From assembly GCA_905236885.1 (NCBI GenBank), contig CAJOQK010000121.1:1-41665 (forward strand): a DNA stretch of 41,665 nt, in the 5' to 3' direction. The stretch comes from an uncultured Bacteroidales bacterium (lineage in GTDB: Bacteria > Bacteroidota > Bacteroidia > Bacteroidales > WCHB1-69). How positions within the stretch are numbered: position 1 is the stretch's first letter; the number at the start of each line of letters is the position of its first letter. The translations under genes were made by a program, and so were the position numbers. Under the pieces are notes generated by a model that did no database searches, was not told where the DNA came from, and was given only the letters and a program-made list of their open reading frames with translations. Positions 1-8,135 of this stretch are shown in pieces.

Positions 1-1
1 G

Positions 2-166
2 GCAAGGGAGGCAAAATTATTGTTGAGGAGTTCCTGTGAAAAAATGGAAAGGATAGCCATTCAATTGGGTTTCTACAATGCCACGCAATTTAGCACATTC
101 TTCAAGAAACAGACTGGCCAAACCCCGATGGAATATAGGAACGGGAAGGGGATTACGAAGGGTTAG
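2..166 (+). CDS. AraC-family transcriptional regulator, 3' end only (truncated by window edge)
   Basis: Hand translation of frame 2: AREAKLLLRSSCEKMERIAIQLGFYNATQFSTFFKKQTGQTPMEYRNGKGITKG*. This matches the AraC C-terminal HTH signature (IA..LGF....F...FKK.TG.TP.EYR). Stop TAG at 164-166. Not in the ORF track. Confidence 0.85.
   Translation, partial: AREAKLLLRSSCEKMERIAIQLGFYNATQFSTFFKKQTGQTPMEYRNGKGITKG
75..146 (+). repeat. Direct repeat, copy 1 (72 bp; copy 2 at 1850-1921)
   Basis: 75-130 is identical to 1850-1905 (56 bp). The match extends to 146/1921 with 2 mismatches. Confidence 0.95.
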
Positions 167-188
167 GCGCAGGAAAAAATAATTGACC

Positions 189-218
189 ACTATGCCATGT
201 TTTGGCATAGTCGTTTTT
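189..218 (+). terminator. Rho-independent terminator of the AraC gene
   Basis: ACTATGCCA-tgttt-TGGCATAGT 9-bp stem followed by CGTTTTT, 22 nt after the stop. Confidence 0.7.
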
Positions 219-231
219 GGAAGAAGACCCC

Positions 232-291
232 TTAACTGCCGGTTACGACTCTATACGGACACTGGCTTATCCTGACACCTTTTATTTGATA
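232..291 (-). pseudogene. 3' remnant of a paralog of the lipoprotein at 40753-41184
   Basis: Translates YQIKGVRISQCPYRVVTGS* versus YNIKGVRISWFPYQTGNGN*. 46/60 nt identical, ungapped, with stops aligned. The frame is closed upstream by TAA at 400-402 and contains no ATG. Confidence 0.7.
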
Positions 292-516
292 CGTCAGCTC
301 TTTTTTATCAATTTTTTTGTAGGAATCAGGTGTGATGGACAAAAAAACGCCTTTTTTCCAATGGCATGAATTTGATGTGGAGGCCACGGAAAAGTCGCAT
401 TAAACATATTATAAACCAATATATTGCATAAAAGTGTGCCATTAACACAAAAAGTGGCTCTTTTTTGTACTTTGTGAAATAATTCACCGATTCAACAAAC
501 GTATTGGAAAAATTGC

Positions 517-582
517 TACTTTTGCAAATATTTGCTCTTCCGACAGAGCATATTTTTATAAAAATGTTCTCCCGACAGAGCA
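517..582 (+). promoter_or_regulatory. Bacteroidetes -7 box plus two tandem palindromic operator-like sites upstream of the ATPase
   Basis: TACTTTTG at 517-524; TGCTCT-tccgac-AGAGCA at 533-550; TGTTCT-cccgac-AGAGCA at 565-582. Confidence 0.55.
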
Positions 583-638
583 ATAAAAACTAAAAACAGG
601 CGTTGTTTCTGCAAATAACTGAATTTAAAAATCGGTAT

Positions 639-1838
639 ATGGATATTTTGATTTCACATTTCAAACGGCGGTTGCAAATGGTGACATCGACCATAGTGCG
701 TGATTGCATCAAAGACATAGCATGGGATGAACGTCTTTCCGCAATTGTCGGTCCCAGGGGTGTTGGAAAAACCACACTCATATTACAACATATCAAACTG
801 CATGACAGCGATGGGATATCCAATGTCCTTTATGCAACGCTGGAGGATTTGTATTTTTCAAACCACACGCTGATGGATTTGGCTGAACTGTTTGTCACGC
901 GGGGAGGGAAACACCTGTACTTGGACGAGATACACCGCTATCCGGAATGGAGCCGTGAAATAAAACTTATATATGACACATTCCCTGAACTTAAGGTCAC
1001 CATTAGCGGCTCCTCGCTGCTGCAGATACTTAATTCGGAGGCGGACCTTTCAAGGAGATGCATTCTGTACAAGATGCAAGGACTATCATTCCGGGAATTT
1101 CTGCAATTTTACAAGGGAATAAATATTCCGGCTGTCAGTCTGGATGAGGTTCTGGTCAGTCCGGACAAGCTGTGCGACCAGTTGAACGCTTGTTGCCATC
1201 CGGTGCAGATGTTCCACGAATACCTGCAATATGGCTATTTTCCCTATTATTTGGAAGGAAAAGAGAGGTATTACGAACGAATTGCAAATGTGGTGGACTA
1301 TGTGGTGGGTACGGAACTCCCCATGGTATGCAGGGTGGAGACTGTCAATGTACGCAAATTGCAGACGCTGCTTGGTATTGTAGCCGGATTGGTTCCTTAT
1401 GAATTGGATGTTAGTAAGTTGGCTGCGATGTTACAGGCTTCGCGCAATACTGTGGTCACCTATTTGAACTATCTGCATCGTGCCAAGATTATCAATCTGT
1501 TATATTCGGATGTGTCATCATTCAAGAAGCTCCAGAAACCGGACAAGATGTATCTTGAAAACCCAAACATGCTTTATGCGCTGACTTTGGATAATGCAAA
1601 CATCGGCACTGCACGCAAGACTTTTGCCGTAAACCAACTTGACTACCTCCATAGCGTGGAATACGGCAAGGCCAATGGTGATTTTCTGGTGGACGGAAAA
1701 TACCGTCTGGAAGTAGGCGGCAGAGGAAAAACTTTCGCTCAAATCGCAGATTTGCCTGATTCGTATATTCTTGCGGATGACATGGAGGTGCCGAACGGAA
1801 AAAAAATTCCCCTTTGGATGATAGGTTTCCTGTATTGA
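639..1838 (+). CDS. AAA-family ATP-binding protein (AAA_14 plus DUF4143-like C-terminal region)
   Basis: Walker A GPRGVGKT, Walker B LYLDEIH, SGSS, LSRR, LSFREF, PDKMYLEN and a C-terminal GDF...EVGG..K..IPLW. ATG 639 preferred over TTG 603. Confidence 0.85.
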   Translation: MDILISHFKRRLQMVTSTIVRDCIKDIAWDERLSAIVGPRGVGKTTLILQHIKLHDSDGISNVLYATLEDLYFSNHTLMDLAELFVTRGGKHLYLDEIHRYPEWSREIKLIYDTFPELKVTISGSSLLQILNSEADLSRRCILYKMQGLSFREFLQFYKGINIPAVSLDEVLVSPDKLCDQLNACCHPVQMFHEYLQYGYFPYYLEGKERYYERIANVVDYVVGTELPMVCRVETVNVRKLQTLLGIVAGLVPYELDVSKLAAMLQASRNTVVTYLNYLHRAKIINLLYSDVSSFKKLQKPDKMYLENPNMLYALTLDNANIGTARKTFAVNQLDYLHSVEYGKANGDFLVDGKYRLEVGGRGKTFAQIADLPDSYILADDMEVPNGKKIPLWMIGFLY

Positions 1839-1849
1839 CAAACAATGCG

Positions 1850-1932
1850 ACAATGCCACGCAATTTAGCACATTCTTCAAGAAACAGACTGGCCAAACCC
1901 CGATGAAATACAGGAACGGGACGGAGGTGTAG
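1850..1932 (+). pseudogene. Orphan AraC 3'-end fragment (direct repeat copy 2)
   Basis: Encodes NATQFSTFFKKQTGQTPMKYRNGTEV* (TAG 1930-1932). It begins 11 nt after the ATPase stop and has no upstream AraC sequence. Confidence 0.8.
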
Positions 1933-2095
1933 GTACGACTCCCAAAAAAATAAAAAAAATCATTTGTTTGTGAAAAAATCATATTGATTTTTTTTGGAAA
2001 TTTGCAGGTTAGGGTCTTTGTCAGGTGCAATATGTGTATCTGACTAAATACCATTATGTTGTGTGTTATATTAATCAGAAAAGAACGAAAAAGGC

Positions 2096-3574
2096 ATGAA
2101 AAGGATTCAAAATGCATTGCTGACAGTATATGACAAGGCGCATATTTTGGAAATTGCCGAAGTGCTGGGAAAGTACGGAGTGCGGCTTTTTTCAACCGGA
2201 GGAACCTACCGGTATTTGCGCGATAATGGAATAGATGCGACAGATATTGAAGAAGTTACCGGCTACCCCTCCATTTTTGGAGGCCGTGTGAAGACACTGC
2301 ATCCGGGCATCATGGGCGGCATCCTCTACCGGAGGGAGGAACCGCAGGATGTCAAGCAGGCGGAGCAGTACCATATTCCGCCCATCGATCTGGTGGTGGT
2401 GGACCTCTATCCGTTTGAGGAAACATTGGCCCAAACCGACGATGAGGCTGAAATCATTGAAAAAATCGACATCGGCGGCATTTCCCTGATTCGTGCCTCC
2501 GCCAAAAATTTCAAGGATGTGCTTTGCTGCCCTTCCAAAGCCTATTACAATGACTTGCTGGAGGTTCTGAAAGCAGGTGAAGGGGCGACGGATGAATCTG
2601 TGCGCCGGTTGTTTGCGGAACGCTGTTTTAAGGTCTCTTCCCATTACGACACCGCCATCCACCGTTATTTTGAGGGCGGAAGGGCGTTGCGTTACGGGGA
2701 GAACCCCCACCAGAAAGCCATGTTCTACGGGAAACTTGAGGAGATGTTCACCCAACTGAACGGCAAGGAGATTTCCTACAACAATCTGGTGGACATCGAT
2801 GCCGCTGTAAGTCTGATTTCCGATTTGGGCGACTGCAGCTTTGCCATCATCAAACATACCAATGCCTGCGGTGTGGCGCAGCGTAGCACTTTGCTGCAGG
2901 CCTGGAAGGATGCGCTGGCATGTGATCCCGTTTCGGCCTTCGGAGGCGTGTTCGTCTGCAATGCGGAGGTGGATTTGGCCACGGCGGAGGAGATTAACAA
3001 GCTCTTTTTCGAGGTTCTGATAGCACCATCCTACACAGAGGAGGCGTTGGCCCTGCTGAAGAGCAAGAAGAACCGCATCATACTGAAACAGCTCTCCACA
3101 GCCATGTCACCAAAAATATGCCGCACCTTGCTCAACGGGGAGATTGAACAGGAGCGTGACCTTTCCATCGAATCGGTGGAAACACTTAAATACCCGACAG
3201 AGGCGCGTCCCGATGCAGCCCAACTCGAAGACCTGTTTTTTGCCAACAAGCTGGTGAAGCATACCAAATCGAACGCCATAGTGCTGGTGAAGAACAAGCA
3301 GCTGCTGGCTTCCGGCATGGGACAGACCTCCCGCGTGGACGCATTGCAGCATGCCGTGCAGAAAGCGCACACCTTCCAGTTTGACCTGAAGGGCGCGGTG
3401 CTGGCTTCGGATGCCTTTTTCCCGTTCAGGGACTGCGTGGACATTGCTGCCAAAGAGGGGATTTCCGCCATCATGCAGCCCGGGGGCTCGGTGCGCGACC
3501 AGGAATCCGTCGATGCCTGCAATGAAAATGGCATTGCCATGGTTTTCACGGGAATCCGTCATTTCAAACATTAG
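2096..3574 (+). CDS. purH: Bifunctional AICAR transformylase/IMP cyclohydrolase
   Basis: STGGT, GGRVKTLHP, IDIGG, LRYGENPHQ, KHTNACG, SAFGG, SDAFFPF and QPGGS motifs; C-terminus RHFKH. Confidence 0.97.
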   Translation: MKRIQNALLTVYDKAHILEIAEVLGKYGVRLFSTGGTYRYLRDNGIDATDIEEVTGYPSIFGGRVKTLHPGIMGGILYRREEPQDVKQAEQYHIPPIDLVVVDLYPFEETLAQTDDEAEIIEKIDIGGISLIRASAKNFKDVLCCPSKAYYNDLLEVLKAGEGATDESVRRLFAERCFKVSSHYDTAIHRYFEGGRALRYGENPHQKAMFYGKLEEMFTQLNGKEISYNNLVDIDAAVSLISDLGDCSFAIIKHTNACGVAQRSTLLQAWKDALACDPVSAFGGVFVCNAEVDLATAEEINKLFFEVLIAPSYTEEALALLKSKKNRIILKQLSTAMSPKICRTLLNGEIEQERDLSIESVETLKYPTEARPDAAQLEDLFFANKLVKHTKSNAIVLVKNKQLLASGMGQTSRVDALQHAVQKAHTFQFDLKGAVLASDAFFPFRDCVDIAAKEGISAIMQPGGSVRDQESVDACNENGIAMVFTGIRHFKH

Positions 3575-3602
3575 TAGTTAACTTTTAAAAAATTGCAAAA
3601 AA

Positions 3603-4628
3603 ATGGGATTGTTTTCCTTTTTCACTAAAGAGATAGCAGTGGATTTGGGTACGGCCAACACCCTTATCGTACACAACGACCAGATTGTCATCAACGAGCC
3701 TTCCATAATTGCCATCAATCGGAAGGACAACAAATTACAGGCAGTAGGCGATGAAGCGTTACGCATGCAGGGGCGTACCCATGAAGATATCAAGGTAATC
3801 CGTCCTCTGAAAGACGGTGTGATTGCCGACTTTCAGGCAGCAGAACTTATGCTGGTGGAGTTTTTGCGGAAGATGAACAACCGGCAGAAAAGCCTGTTTC
3901 CGCCTTCACTGAAGGTGGTGGTCTGTATTCCTTCCGGCATTACGGAAGTGGAGGAACGGGCCGTAAGGGATTCTGCGGAACAGGCAGGCGCACGCGATGT
4001 ACGGCTCATTTACGAACCTATGGCGGCAGCTATCGGCATTGGTCTGGATGTGTTGGAGCCGGAGGGAAACATTGTGGTGGACATTGGCGGTGGAACCAGT
4101 GAAATTGCGGTAATATCCTTAGGTGGTATTGTTCAGCAGACCTCCATCAAGATTGCCGGTGATGAGTTCAACCAGGACATCATGGACTACATCCGTCGGG
4201 AGCATAGCATGTCCATCGGCGAGCGTACGGCGGAACTGGTGAAAATCCATGTAGGTGCCGCCATGACCGATATTGAAAATCCGCCTGAGCCTTACGAGGT
4301 ACATGGGCGGGACCTGCTGACAGGTATTCCCAAAGCCATCAAAATCACCCATCAGGAGATTGCCGAGGCGTTGGACAATTCCATATCCCAAGTGGAGGTG
4401 GCTGTGATGAATGCATTGGAGAAAACACCTTCGGAACTGTCGGCAGACATATATACCGCCGGTATATATCTGGCTGGTGGCGGTGCGCTGCTGCGCGGCT
4501 TGGACAAACGTCTGCACTTGAAGACAAAGCTGCAAATTCACGTAGCGGAAGAGCCTTTGCAGGCAGTGGCCCGTGGTACGGCAGTTGCATTGAAAAATTT
4601 TGACAGATTCCCATTCCTGATCAAGTAG
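3603..4628 (+). CDS. mreB: Rod shape-determining protein MreB
   Basis: DLGTANT, RPLKDGVIADF, EPMAAAIG, DIGGGT, GGGALL. Confidence 0.97.
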   Translation: MGLFSFFTKEIAVDLGTANTLIVHNDQIVINEPSIIAINRKDNKLQAVGDEALRMQGRTHEDIKVIRPLKDGVIADFQAAELMLVEFLRKMNNRQKSLFPPSLKVVVCIPSGITEVEERAVRDSAEQAGARDVRLIYEPMAAAIGIGLDVLEPEGNIVVDIGGGTSEIAVISLGGIVQQTSIKIAGDEFNQDIMDYIRREHSMSIGERTAELVKIHVGAAMTDIENPPEPYEVHGRDLLTGIPKAIKITHQEIAEALDNSISQVEVAVMNALEKTPSELSADIYTAGIYLAGGGALLRGLDKRLHLKTKLQIHVAEEPLQAVARGTAVALKNFDRFPFLIK

Positions 4629-4638
4629 CGGCTGTTCG

Positions 4639-5955
4639 ATGAACAAGCAGATACTTCGACTTGCACTTCCCAACATCATCACCACTTTGACCGTGCCGCT
4701 GTTGGGTATGGTGGATTTGGCCATTGTGGGACACATGGACTCTTCCGTATATATTGGTGCCATTGCGCTTGGCACCATGATTTTCAATATGATTTATTGG
4801 AACTTCGGTTTTTTGCGGATGGGAACCAGCGGTTTGGCCGCCCAAGCATACGGTGCGGAACAGGCCGGCGAGTCGCTGCACATCCTGCTGCGTGCCTGGC
4901 TGATTGGCCTGACGGCAGCCTTGCTGCTACTGCTTTTGCAGAAACCCATCTCCATGCTGGTGTTTTATCTGGTGGATGGAAGTACGCAGGTGGAAGAAGT
5001 TGCGTTGCAATATTTTAAGATATGTATCTGGGCGGCTCCAGCCATATTGAGCCTATATGCTTTCAAAGGCTGGTTCATTGGGATGCAGAACGCCAAACTG
5101 CCCATGTGGATAGCCATTTTCATTGATGTGAGCAACATCGCGTTCAGCCTTTTCTTTGTGTATGTCTGCCATTTGAAAATCCAGGGGGTCGCCTTGGGAA
5201 CGGTTCTGGCGCAATATTGCGGCTTGGCCATTGCATTGTGCTGCTGGTGGCGGCATTACGGGAATTATCGCCATCTGTTTTCCCAAAGTGCGCTTTTTTC
5301 CGCTGAGAAAATGGTGCGCTTTTTCAAGGTCAATGCCGATATTTTTTTGCGGACCCTCTGTCTGATTGCGGTTTTCACCTTCATTCCAGCCGCAGGAGCC
5401 AAGTTTGGGGATGACTATTTGTCGGCCAACACACTGCTGATGCAGTTTTTTACCCTTTTTTCCTATGTGATGGACGGGTTTGCCTATGCAGGGGAATCTT
5501 TGGTGGGAAAATATGTGGGGGCAAATGATAAAACAATGATGCAGAAGGTGATCCGTTACCTGTTCCGATGGGGTGCGGCACTGAGCCTGCTGTTTGTGGC
5601 GGTGTATGCCTGTTTTGGCAACGCCCTGCTGCATTTTTTCACGGACAAGGAGGAGGTGGTGCTTTTCGCCCAACGCTATTACGGATGGGTTCTGGTGATT
5701 CCCTTTGTGAGCTTCGCCGCCTTTTTGTGGGATGGCATTCTGATAGGCGCAACAGCCTCCCGGATCATGCGCGACACCATGTTTTTGGCCACAGCCGGTT
5801 TCTTTATGGCCTATTACCTGCTGCTACCGCTTTGGGGCAACCATGCCCTATGGCTGGCCTTCATGGTCTATCTGGCGTTCCGTGGGTTGTTGCAGTTTCT
5901 TTTGTTTCATCGTAAAATCAATAGGGATGGCGTGGAGTTTTTTTCCTGTTCATAG
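4639..5955 (+). CDS. dinF: MATE-family efflux transporter (DinF-like)
   Basis: LALPNI..TVPLLG.VD..IVGH and FGFLRMGTSGL.AQA motifs; about 12 hydrophobic segments. Confidence 0.85.
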   Translation: MNKQILRLALPNIITTLTVPLLGMVDLAIVGHMDSSVYIGAIALGTMIFNMIYWNFGFLRMGTSGLAAQAYGAEQAGESLHILLRAWLIGLTAALLLLLLQKPISMLVFYLVDGSTQVEEVALQYFKICIWAAPAILSLYAFKGWFIGMQNAKLPMWIAIFIDVSNIAFSLFFVYVCHLKIQGVALGTVLAQYCGLAIALCCWWRHYGNYRHLFSQSALFSAEKMVRFFKVNADIFLRTLCLIAVFTFIPAAGAKFGDDYLSANTLLMQFFTLFSYVMDGFAYAGESLVGKYVGANDKTMMQKVIRYLFRWGAALSLLFVAVYACFGNALLHFFTDKEEVVLFAQRYYGWVLVIPFVSFAAFLWDGILIGATASRIMRDTMFLATAGFFMAYYLLLPLWGNHALWLAFMVYLAFRGLLQFLLFHRKINRDGVEFFSCS

Positions 5956-5980
5956 AAACGGATCTGGTATATTTCGGCGC

Positions 5981-6631
5981 ATGGGTGGGAAAGTTTCAGC
6001 AATGTGTTTCCTCGTGCTGTGCAGCGTTGCCTTGCAGGCCCAGCCGCAAACCCGGCAACAAGTCCGGCAGTATGGCCAGGCCGTCCGTTTGTATGACAGT
6101 GCCAAACTGTGTGCCATTCCCCTCTACACGGAAAAAATCATCCGCAGGGATAGGGTGCCTGTGGAGGCGGTCATCCGGTTGAGGGTGAGGAAGGTGCCGG
6201 ATGACTGGACGGCCTATCTTTCACAATTTCCAAATTTACAGGAACTTCATTTGTCACATTTGCGGCTTCAGGCCGTTCCGGATGTGGTTTTCCAACTTCC
6301 CCTTTTGAGTGTGCTGGACTTGTCCAATAACCGCATCCGATACATGCCTCCCGAGTTGGGGAACCTGGTGCTTTTGCGCGAGCTGCATCTGAACCGGAAC
6401 CCGCTCGCCTATCTGCCCCAAAGCATTTCACAATTGGAATCATTGGAGATTTTGGATGCCTGGAGCACCAACATTGCGGAGCTGCCGGCTGAAATCCGCA
6501 ATTTAAGAGGTACCCTTAAAACGGTGAATTTGTTGGCAATTACTCTGAGTGACGCGCAAAAGGAGGCCATGCAGCAGCTGCTTCCCCAAACCGAATTCCT
6601 TTTTTCAGCCTCTTGTGGCTGCGGACGATAA
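5981..6631 (+). CDS. Exported leucine-rich repeat protein (start uncertain: 5927, 5981 or 6002)
   Basis: LxxLxLxxNxL units (NLQELHLSH, LSVLDLSNNRI, LRELHLNRNPL); signal-like FLVLCSVALQA-Q; C-terminal CGC. Confidence 0.8.
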   Translation: MGGKVSAMCFLVLCSVALQAQPQTRQQVRQYGQAVRLYDSAKLCAIPLYTEKIIRRDRVPVEAVIRLRVRKVPDDWTAYLSQFPNLQELHLSHLRLQAVPDVVFQLPLLSVLDLSNNRIRYMPPELGNLVLLRELHLNRNPLAYLPQSISQLESLEILDAWSTNIAELPAEIRNLRGTLKTVNLLAITLSDAQKEAMQQLLPQTEFLFSASCGCGR

Positions 6632-6758
6632 CCGTTCATTTTGTCCGAAAGCCTCAAATTTTAGCACATAAAATGAAATAAATTCAGGGAACTTCTAAAA
6701 ATTGTTCGTAAAGTTCTTCTTTGAACTTCCCATTTCTTTACAAAACCATAAAATACTG

Positions 6759-6785
6759 ATATATATATATATATATGTGTGTGTG
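6759..6785. repeat. Compound dinucleotide microsatellite (AT)9(GT)4G
   Basis: Read directly; lies about 50 nt upstream of a TAATTTTG -7 box (6838-6845). Confidence 0.9.
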
Positions 6786-6889
6786 AAAAATTTTTCAAAA
6801 AGGTGAAAAAAAACTGAAAACTTATTAAAACTTTGTTTAATTTTGCAAAATCAAAAGCAAGATTTTCAAAACCATTAAAACAAGAAAAG

Positions 6890-8128
6890 ATGAAAAAGCA
6901 CATTTTGACTTTATTGGCCTTTCTGATGGCTACCATGGGTTTTGCCCAGACTGAACCTTCCGTGGAAATGACTATGGACACCTTGTCCGGATGCGCCCCC
7001 CTTACTGTACATTTCACCTTCAAATCCATCACAAATACAGACACTCTGGTACTGATGACCGGAGACGGACAAAGCTACCAGTTCGCCGACATGACCGAAT
7101 TGAGCACCCCTATACAACACATCTACAAACTATATGGACGCTACATTCCTGCCGTCCGGCTGATACAATGGGTCACAAGCAAGGATTCCGCCGGCAACGA
7201 CCAAAGGGTAAGATTACTGAAAACCATAGCAAGCCCGGACACCCTGTCAATCACTGATTGCCGAGGTGGTTGCGGTGTCTTCAAGGACTCCTGCGAATGG
7301 TCGGTGAGCTGCCACAAATACCGCACCTGCGGAGAAACCAGCTATGATGGATTCACTTACCTTAAAGTCTACAAGGATGAGTTCTGGAAACCGGAGACGG
7401 GAACAGGAAGAACATTTTTGTATGCGCTCATACGCTACGATGATGAAAACAAACGTCTGTACGGAATACCTTCAAGTCTTGTCAATCCGCCTATGTCCTC
7501 TTTCCTGATGTACGACTTCTCCCTGCAGGTTGGCGACTCTGCCATCATCACCTCCTTTGACAGGGGTCACAACCTTGTGGCAAAATGCGTGGGAAGGGAT
7601 TCCATCACACTGCACAACGGGGAGAAACGCGCCACCCTTCGTATCCAGATTTTTAATCCGAACGACCAATGGGGTGAAACAGACGGGTTTGATGAAACCA
7701 TTTGGATTGAAGGTATAGGCAGTAACTACGGCCTCTTCTCCCCCGACTACAAGCCAGAATACGGTTGCCTCTTCGAGAAACTGCGCCTGCTGTGCTACTA
7801 TGAACAGGACGAACTGCTGTTAGACTTTCCTGAATTTGACACGGACAGCACACCCGGAGACTGCTATAACAATGATATTGATATGCGTGTGCCACATATC
7901 ACAGCCGCACAGTCCCTCTCCCTCTACCCCAACCCCGCCAAACAGTCCCTCTTCCTCACCAACGGGGAACGTTACGATAACACTTCCTACGAAATCACTG
8001 ACGTTACAGGCCGCATGGTGCTGCAGGGCAGTTACAACGCCTCCGAAGGCATCAGGGTCAGCGGCTTGGCCAAAGGGCTCTATCTGTTGCGAATGGAAGG
8101 ACAGTACGGGAGGTTTGTGAAGGAATAA
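6890..8128 (+). CDS. T9SS type A sorting domain-containing secreted protein with an N-terminal PKD-like segment
   Basis: Signal peptide MKKHILTLLAFLMATMGFA-Q; SGCAPLTVHF PKD-like start; YDFSLQVGD...WIEGIGS..GL core; CTD LYPNPA...ITDVTGR...GLYLLR...RFVKE. Confidence 0.85.
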   Translation: MKKHILTLLAFLMATMGFAQTEPSVEMTMDTLSGCAPLTVHFTFKSITNTDTLVLMTGDGQSYQFADMTELSTPIQHIYKLYGRYIPAVRLIQWVTSKDSAGNDQRVRLLKTIASPDTLSITDCRGGCGVFKDSCEWSVSCHKYRTCGETSYDGFTYLKVYKDEFWKPETGTGRTFLYALIRYDDENKRLYGIPSSLVNPPMSSFLMYDFSLQVGDSAIITSFDRGHNLVAKCVGRDSITLHNGEKRATLRIQIFNPNDQWGETDGFDETIWIEGIGSNYGLFSPDYKPEYGCLFEKLRLLCYYEQDELLLDFPEFDTDSTPGDCYNNDIDMRVPHITAAQSLSLYPNPAKQSLFLTNGERYDNTSYEITDVTGRMVLQGSYNASEGIRVSGLAKGLYLLRMEGQYGRFVKE

Positions 8129-8135
8129 ACAATGA

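Noticed and set aside
232-291. DGR template/variable repeat pair with 40753-40812
   Set aside because: Differences are not confined to adenines of either copy (e.g. AGC/AGT, TGT/TTT, GTA/GGA), and there is no reverse transcriptase in the window
1933-2095. ZMP/ZTP or purine riboswitch upstream of purH
   Set aside because: Consensus elements are not visible; only a single hairpin
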